In this document: positions 58,199 through 64,000 of the stretch, in pieces
How positions within the stretch are numbered: position 1 is the stretch's first letter
Layout: each line of letters opens with the position of its first letter
Assembly (NCBI GenBank): GCA_964491395.1
Contig: CAZBGI010000003.1
Span: forward strand, 39,971 to 103,970
Origin: an uncultured Bacteroidales bacterium
GTDB taxonomy: Bacteria > Bacteroidota > Bacteroidia > Bacteroidales > UBA7960
Reading direction: 5' to 3'
Length of the DNA: 64,000 bases
Notes under the pieces: model-generated
What the model saw: the letters and a program-made list of their open reading frames with translations, nothing else
Database searches by the model: none
Told to the model about the DNA's origin: nothing
Made by a program: the position numbers and the translations under genes

Positions 58199-60589
58199 TT
58201 AAAATTCAAACATAATACCAATACTGGGCAATACAGTACCGGATTCGTTGCGCAGTTCTTTCAACTGATACACACCATCATTTGCCGGCAGCGGAGAACC
58301 GTTTTCATCTGTTTCCCGCAACAGGTTGGGCGACAATTCAGCCTGGAAGTTATACACATTCTGTATGTCGAGATAAAACATTAACGAAAAATTATTGAAA
58401 AAGTATTGTTTATCGACCCTTAAATCCAGTTGATGAAAAGACTTTAGCCTGTTTTCGTTAAACCGTGAGTAATCAAGATATCCCTGGCGCTGGGTATCCC
58501 AGGCCTCCTGCCTGCTCGAGGTTTCCAGGTCGAAAGGGGTGTAGGGGGCTCCACCCGAAAACCGCCATTTGGCACCAATATCCCAGTTGCGGGGCAACTT
58601 ACGGGTAGCTGTTAGATTCACAATGTGTCGGTTATCCCACGATGAAGGAATGAACCCTGCGTCCGGATCTTCAAATTCACTCCTTACAAAGGTGTAAGAA
58701 AGTATAATGTTGAGATTATCGAATCGCTGCTCCCTGTAAAGCAGTTCTGCACCGTATGCTCTTCCATCGCTGGTGGAAGTCACTTCTTCATCTCCAAAAA
58801 TTCCAAATTCTACTGATTTACTGCTGAGAGGAACGCCATCTACCACAGAAAAAGGGTAATTGTTATAGTCTTTAAAGAAACCTTCCAGGGTAACTTTGGT
58901 TTGAGGCGTTGGGAGCAATTCCAATCCTGCCACATAATGATCTACACTAATATAGGTGAGATTGTTTTCGCGGTTTCGCAGTACTCCCTCATTATCACGA
59001 TATCCGAGAGTTGTGTAAGAAGGTAGTTGAAAAAACCTTCCTGTACTGGCATTGAGGGTAAGATTATCCCTGAGTTGATAGGAAACAGAAATTCGGGGCG
59101 AAAGTTGATTCAGGGGATTAGACATATTGGATGAATAGTTATTGGCATCGGTTCTGATTCCAAAAGAGAGAGACAATGCTTCATCCAGAAAACTTCGGGT
59201 AACCTGTCCGAACAGGTTCCATTTGTATATTTCCAGAAAAGAGTTGTATTCAATAATAAAAGGTTCTTCAAAAAACACTTCCTGGTAGGTATTGTTGAGA
59301 TATTTGGCATATTCTCCCCCTGCTCCGTATATAAAACGGTATTTTCCCATCTCTGTCGTACGCTCATATCGGATTTTGTTTTCTATCTCATCCGATTCAT
59401 AGTCGAAGGTACGGGGCTGAGACTCATCATTGTCGGGATGTTTGTAGGAAAAATTGCGCAGCATGTTGCGGCTGACCACCAGACGGTCAAATCCATTGTC
59501 GCGAAAGCGGCGGTATACTGCCCCGATGGTGTAGTTCCATTGCTCGTTTACCGGTAAATAATCCAGGATATATCGTTGATCTTCAGTTTCATTGGCTTCC
59601 AGGTTAAGCCTGAACTGGTCGAGTGCTCCAATACCAATAAAGGTAAGTTCTGATTTATCATTAAGGCGGGTATCGGTTTTAAATTGAAAATCGTTGTAGG
59701 TAGGAAGGAAGGGCAAACCAATAACACTGAACAAAAATTGCAGGTAGGAGCGCCTAACTGAGAAGATCATGGTTGTATTCTGAGAGAGCGGTCCATCAAG
59801 GGTAAGGGCAAGGTCGCTGGCGCCCACGGCGCCTCTGAAATTCATCTTTTCGCTGTTGCCGCGTACCTGCCTGAATTCAAATACAGAACTAAGGGCATTA
59901 CCCCGGTTGGCGGGGAATGCAGAGGAGTACATCTCCACTTCTCGCACAAAATCCACGTTAATGATTCCTACAGGGCCACCGCTGGCACCCTGGGTTGCAA
60001 AATGATTCAGGTTGGGGATTTCAACCCCGTCAAGAAAAAAACGGTTTTCATTGGGGCCACCTCCACGGATAATCACATCGTTTCGAAAAGCGGGAGTGAA
60101 GGCAACGCCAGGCAAAGACTGAATTACCCTGGAAATATCACGGTTGCTGCCCGGGCTGCGCTCAATTTCTGAAATTCCCAGTCGCCTGAGCGATACAGGA
60201 CTTTCTTCCCTTCGTTGAAAAGGAGAAGCTTCCACCACAACTTCCTCCAGTTGAAGGTCAACTTCGCGCATGCCTATATCTATATTGGCAACACGGGCGT
60301 TGGTAACGAGAAACTCTTCGGTTACTTTCTTTTCAAATCCTACGGCTGAGACCTGCAACCTTACAAAGCCCGGTTCTATGCCTGTAAAAAGAAAATTCCC
60401 ATCAAGATCTGTAGTACTACCTATATTGGTGCCAAAAATTACCAGATTGGTAAAGGGAAGGGGTTCATTGTTTTTTTCATTGTAAACCCTTCCCCGGATG
60501 GTCCCGCTTTGAGCAAATATCTCCAGACTAATGACCAACAAGAGTATGACAAAAAAATATCGATTCAGCAATGTTTTAACACTTTTCAT
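58199..60589 (-). CDS. TonB-dependent receptor with N-terminal carboxypeptidase-regulatory-like domain
   Basis: 796 aa with a signal peptide, CarboxypepD_reg (GTIRGRVYNEKNNEPLPFTNLVI), a plug (RSPGSNRDISRVIQSLPGV) and a beta-barrel ending in ...IGIMFEF. Confidence 0.85.
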   Translation of the reverse strand: MKSVKTLLNRYFFVILLLVISLEIFAQSGTIRGRVYNEKNNEPLPFTNLVIFGTNIGSTTDLDGNFLFTGIEPGFVRLQVSAVGFEKKVTEEFLVTNARVANIDIGMREVDLQLEEVVVEASPFQRREESPVSLRRLGISEIERSPGSNRDISRVIQSLPGVAFTPAFRNDVIIRGGGPNENRFFLDGVEIPNLNHFATQGASGGPVGIINVDFVREVEMYSSAFPANRGNALSSVFEFRQVRGNSEKMNFRGAVGASDLALTLDGPLSQNTTMIFSVRRSYLQFLFSVIGLPFLPTYNDFQFKTDTRLNDKSELTFIGIGALDQFRLNLEANETEDQRYILDYLPVNEQWNYTIGAVYRRFRDNGFDRLVVSRNMLRNFSYKHPDNDESQPRTFDYESDEIENKIRYERTTEMGKYRFIYGAGGEYAKYLNNTYQEVFFEEPFIIEYNSFLEIYKWNLFGQVTRSFLDEALSLSFGIRTDANNYSSNMSNPLNQLSPRISVSYQLRDNLTLNASTGRFFQLPSYTTLGYRDNEGVLRNRENNLTYISVDHYVAGLELLPTPQTKVTLEGFFKDYNNYPFSVVDGVPLSSKSVEFGIFGDEEVTSTSDGRAYGAELLYREQRFDNLNIILSYTFVRSEFEDPDAGFIPSSWDNRHIVNLTATRKLPRNWDIGAKWRFSGGAPYTPFDLETSSRQEAWDTQRQGYLDYSRFNENRLKSFHQLDLRVDKQYFFNNFSLMFYLDIQNVYNFQAELSPNLLRETDENGSPLPANDGVYQLKELRNESGTVLPSIGIMFEF

Positions 60590-60733
60590 TGTTGTTTTTT
60601 TTATTGTATTTTTCTCAACAACAGATGTTGTTGTAATGTTTTGTGAATATGTAAAAATAATCTGTATCAGGAAATCCTGAATGTCAAAACATTTATGATT
60701 ACTTTCGCAAAGGAAAATATAATACTCAACGCC

Positions 60734-61144
60734 ATGGAACCTTTGACCCTCACCACACCAGCCTTGTTATTCTCTGCTATTTCATTGATTCTGCTGGCTT
60801 ACACCAATCGTTTTCTTACCATTGCACAACTTGTACGCAACCTGCATGCACAATATAAATCCGATCCTTCACATATTCTCTACGGACAGATTGATAATTT
60901 GCGCAGAAGAATCTATCTTATCAAAAGTATGCAGGTATATGGAGTGGGCAGCCTGTTGTTATGTGTGGTCAGTATGTTTTTGATTTACGTGGGAAAAAAC
61001 CTGGCAGCAGAAATCATTTTCGGCCTTGGTTTGCTGATGTTAATTATCTCTCTTACCATCAGTATCTGGGAAATTGTTATCAGTGTGAAAGCCCTGAATT
61101 TGCATATTAGCGACTGGGAAAAGAATCGTGCCGGGCGGGATTAA
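60734..61144 (+). CDS. DUF2721-like membrane protein
   Basis: ATG at 60734 (MEPLTLTTPALLFSAISLILLAYTNRFLTIAQLVRNLH...). Three TM helices. The family call is from memory. Confidence 0.45.
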   Translation: MEPLTLTTPALLFSAISLILLAYTNRFLTIAQLVRNLHAQYKSDPSHILYGQIDNLRRRIYLIKSMQVYGVGSLLLCVVSMFLIYVGKNLAAEIIFGLGLLMLIISLTISIWEIVISVKALNLHISDWEKNRAGRD

Positions 61145-61335
61145 GAGGGTATTACCGACCCAAAAAGGCCAGTTACCGATTTGTTATGGAAACAAAGCGC
61201 AGAGAAATAATATTTTTGTGTCACGTTTTAACAATAATCATGAAGCCTTCTCCTTTTACCAGGTTAATCCATTTTCCTCATTTACAAAAAAGGCTGGCTT
61301 TCAACAAATCAGTGTAACTTAAAAATTGATAGAAA

Positions 61336-62043
61336 ATGAAAAATCATTCAGAAAAACGGTATGTCTTAGGTGTCATATTGCTCTTTGCAGGTTTGGCTTT
61401 ATTGCTTAGGTTTTGGGACTTGCTTCCCTGGCATATTCCTTCTTATGTATTTTCCTGGAAATCTCTCCTTGTTTTTTTAGGTCTGGTATTTATGGCATCT
61501 CATAAAGATAAGAGTACAGGGCTCATCTTATTTACCATAGGCGCCATCTTCCTGGGAGCCGATATAACGGGTTTTAGCATAAGAGATGTTTTCCGGTTTG
61601 TTTTTCCTGTGGTATTAATAATTGCCGGATTGGCCATCATCATAAAAAGGCAGAGTTTTACCCCCAACAAAATCAACGTTACGGAAGGGGCAGAGATCAA
61701 CGATTATATCAATGAAATAAATATTTTTGGAGGAGGGGAGCGAATAATTAATACCCGCAACTTTTTGGGAGGTAAGATTACAGCGATATTTGGTGGCGCA
61801 GAGCTCGATATGCGAAAAGCCGATATGGCTCCCGGAGTAAATGCCGTGGATATGCTTTGTATTTTTGGAGGTGTTTCAATGCGTCTGCCTGAAGACTGGA
61901 TTGTAAAGAACGACGTTACTGCCATTTTTGGGGGCTTTTCTGACGAAAGAAATAATGATAAGGATATACCCACTGATGAAAACAAAAAAATTCTCTACCT
62001 GAAAGGATTGGTAATGTTTGGAGGAGGAGAGTTAAAATCCTGA
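61336..62043 (+). CDS. LiaF-like membrane protein (cell-envelope stress family)
   Basis: 235 aa with an N-terminal multi-TM region. The C-terminal Gly-rich beta repeats IFGGGE...AIFGGAELD...CIFGGVSM...AIFGGFSD...VMFGGGELK are typical of the LiaF C-terminal domain. Confidence 0.5.
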   Translation: MKNHSEKRYVLGVILLFAGLALLLRFWDLLPWHIPSYVFSWKSLLVFLGLVFMASHKDKSTGLILFTIGAIFLGADITGFSIRDVFRFVFPVVLIIAGLAIIIKRQSFTPNKINVTEGAEINDYINEINIFGGGERIINTRNFLGGKITAIFGGAELDMRKADMAPGVNAVDMLCIFGGVSMRLPEDWIVKNDVTAIFGGFSDERNNDKDIPTDENKKILYLKGLVMFGGGELKS

Positions 62044-62197
62044 TTATAAAGGTTGTATTGTTGATTGGAAAACTCTGTCGAAAACATTTAGGCAGGGTTT
62101 TCCTGTTTAATGCACTCAATTGCTGATAGTGCAGTAAATCTCTTAAAAACGATTAAAAAAGTATTGTTATTTTTACTCCCCAAAATATTCAACTAAT

Positions 62198-63829
62198 ATG
62201 CAAAGTAAATCTACTTCTTTTTTTGTTTTCATTCTCCTTATCAGCTTATTAATGATGGGTTGTGCAACCCGCAGGATGGCTAAACAAGCCGCTGAATATG
62301 AACATGCCGGTATGTTCAGGGAAGCTGCGGAACTATATTACCAGGCAGCTGTTCGTAAACCCAGAGAAGTTGAATTGAAACTGGGATTGAAACGTGCCGG
62401 ACAAATGTACCTTGAAGGTCTTGCCGGTGAAGTTTCCGAGGCTCATACAAGGGGAAATCATGAGAAAGCTGTTTATGATTTTCTGGAAATGCAAAATTTT
62501 GCAGATAAAGTGCAGAAAACCGGGGTGAATCTTAAAATTGAACATGCCACCCTCAGAACTTTTGAGAACGCAAAGGAACTATTTCTTGAAGAGCGGTATC
62601 AGCTGGGACAAAGACTTATAGACGAACAAAATTTTGATGAAGCCAAAAAGATTTTTACAGAAATATATGATATAAGTCCTGATTTCAGGGACACGCACTC
62701 CTATTTAAATACAGCTACTTTGGAACCGTTGTATCAGAATGGTTCCCGCTTTTTCAGCCAGAAAAAATACATGCTGGCCTACCGCGAATGGGAAAAAATA
62801 GCCGCCAGGGATACGGGGTATAAGGATGTTAGACGGCGCATGCAACAAGCCTTAAATGAACGGTACAAAGAGGGCACTGTGTTTCTGATAAATGAAGATT
62901 TCTCTGCGGCAGAAAACGCATTGGGAGATGTTTATAATATAAACCCGGGCTACATGGATGTAAAATCTCAATATATTGAAGCCCGCAATGAACCTGTCTA
63001 CAGAGCCGCTATTCAAAACCTGGGTTCAGGACGATGCAGGGCTGCATTCAGAGGATTTGAGGTTGTTATGGGTGATACAGGAGGAAACTACAAGGATGCA
63101 GCCTCTCTTCATGATGAAGCCCTGGAGTGCGCAAGTTTTCCTGTGGCTTTGCTGGCCAATCCCTTACCCGGCAATACACAGGATGATGAAGAATTTGAAA
63201 ATATTCTTATTCAGATGATACTGGATGCCCGGGATCCGTTCATTAAAATTCATAATCTGGGTGATATCAACCGAAGGGTTCAGCGTTCCTTTATTGGGGC
63301 AACCGGCGCATTAAACCGAACAATGCTCAGGGAATTGCATAATAGAAACCGTATTGCTGCAGTGCTAGTTGTGAATTTCTTAGACTACGATAAAACTCGT
63401 GGTTCAGTGCGACGAAAAGAGAAAAACGGTTTTGAAAGAGTGGCTATTGAGGACCAGGAAGGACAGACAACTTATCGTGACCGGCAGGTTACCTATATGG
63501 AATATACACGCACAAGCCGGGTGCGACTTAATGTAAATATTCAGCTCATATCTACCCTTACCGGTGAAATTCTGCTCTCGCAGCGTTTCAATCAATCAGA
63601 AAGTGATGAAATGAAATATGCTGTCTATCGTGGCGAAACCAAAAACCTGTATCCTGCCATCCTGAGAAACAATGTGTGGCAGATTGATGAACGAAACTAT
63701 TCCTCTTTGCAAAAACTGCTCAATGCTGAGCAGTCTATAGCATCGGCTGACCAGTTGCGCGACATTTTGTTTAGTGATATTAACGCTCAAATCACTACAG
63801 CTTTGATTAATTTTGATCCTGAAAGATGA
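62198..63829 (+). CDS. lipoprotein with TPR-like helical N-terminal half and CsgG/LpoB-like C-terminal half
   Basis: 543 aa with lipobox LMMGCA and helical repeats. In the C-terminal region, FPVALLANPLPGN...AAVLVVNFLDY...LNVNIQLISTLTGEILLSQRF resembles the CsgG/LpoB-type fold pattern. This is a by-eye inference. Confidence 0.4.
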   Translation: MQSKSTSFFVFILLISLLMMGCATRRMAKQAAEYEHAGMFREAAELYYQAAVRKPREVELKLGLKRAGQMYLEGLAGEVSEAHTRGNHEKAVYDFLEMQNFADKVQKTGVNLKIEHATLRTFENAKELFLEERYQLGQRLIDEQNFDEAKKIFTEIYDISPDFRDTHSYLNTATLEPLYQNGSRFFSQKKYMLAYREWEKIAARDTGYKDVRRRMQQALNERYKEGTVFLINEDFSAAENALGDVYNINPGYMDVKSQYIEARNEPVYRAAIQNLGSGRCRAAFRGFEVVMGDTGGNYKDAASLHDEALECASFPVALLANPLPGNTQDDEEFENILIQMILDARDPFIKIHNLGDINRRVQRSFIGATGALNRTMLRELHNRNRIAAVLVVNFLDYDKTRGSVRRKEKNGFERVAIEDQEGQTTYRDRQVTYMEYTRTSRVRLNVNIQLISTLTGEILLSQRFNQSESDEMKYAVYRGETKNLYPAILRNNVWQIDERNYSSLQKLLNAEQSIASADQLRDILFSDINAQITTALINFDPER

Positions 63830-63946
63830 CACTACTGAATTTTGGTGAAGGTACCCATTTGTTTATCCAACATCTTTATCGCCCGCTACAGTAATCTAAA
63901 GGGCAAAGAACAAAGAATCACAAGTACCAAAATAAGCTATAAAAGA

Positions 63947-64000
63947 ATGAACAAGGGTATCATTTATCTGATGTTAATAACGGTTTTGACAGGATGTTTT
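63947..64000 (+). CDS. lipoprotein, first 18 codons only (runs off the right edge)
   Basis: My own translation gives ATG at 63947 followed by MNKGIIYLMLITVLTGCF, a lipobox-type signal peptide. Confidence 0.35.
   Translation, partial: MNKGIIYLMLITVLTGCF

Noticed and set aside
1-64000. A search by eye for CRISPR arrays, tRNA/rRNA/tmRNA/RNase P signatures, transposases, integrases, phage genes, toxin-antitoxin pairs, reverse transcriptases and restriction-modification or other known defence genes
   Set aside because: I recognised none. There are no regularly spaced direct repeats, no GGTTCGAATCC-type tRNA arms in the spacers, and every long ORF has a housekeeping, signalling or envelope assignment. 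A computational scan (tRNAscan-SE, Infernal, CRISPR finders, DefenseFinder/PADLOC) would be needed to be certain.

Overview
This window reads as an ordinary chromosomal stretch of a Bacteroidota-type genome. It is AT-rich (roughly 40% GC by eye) and carries a T9SS C-terminal sorting domain, a CarboxypepD_reg-type TonB-dependent receptor, a type III glutamine synthetase and TAnnTTTG-like -7 boxes. I call about 50 protein-coding genes, about ten hairpin terminators and a few candidate regulatory motifs. I found no rRNA, tRNA, CRISPR array, transposase, integrase, phage gene or recognisable restriction/defence gene. From left to right the window contains: nucleotide-sugar/polysaccharide genes (epimerase, fcl, gmd, priming sugar transferase; 1-6.7 kb); a GNAT plus a type II pantothenate kinase; hflKC; an orphan LutA-like Fe-S protein; rlmB plus a GWxTD lipoprotein; a cytoplasmic LRR protein; a tight mpl-ung-Omp85-like operon; an MBL hydrolase; cysH; a four-gene PAS-kinase/receiver/LuxR cluster (20.9-27.6 kb); an MDR oxidoreductase; a beta-barrel protein; GSIII; a VWA protein plus an ECF sigma module; PBP1A; and an EamA transporter. 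The most unusual part follows at 40.3-48.3 kb. There, a sigma-54 enhancer-binding response regulator and a hybrid kinase are bracketed by two tandem-USP-like proteins, an eRF1/Pelota-like protein whose GGQ loop reads GHGKGS, and a small 4-TM protein. The intergenic regions of this block carry ACTGTTG repeats at an identical 26-bp spacing and sigma-54-like -24/-12 elements. Further right are a T9SS M28 peptidase, an ELP3-type radical SAM protein that lacks the acetyltransferase domain and overlaps an unknown ORF, a propeller-type hybrid kinase, a DUF2271-like protein plus TonB receptor, and envelope proteins. My best candidate for an under-described system is the 40-48 kb stress/translation module. 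That is an inference from motifs and gene order, not a demonstrated function, and the rest of the window looks like housekeeping.
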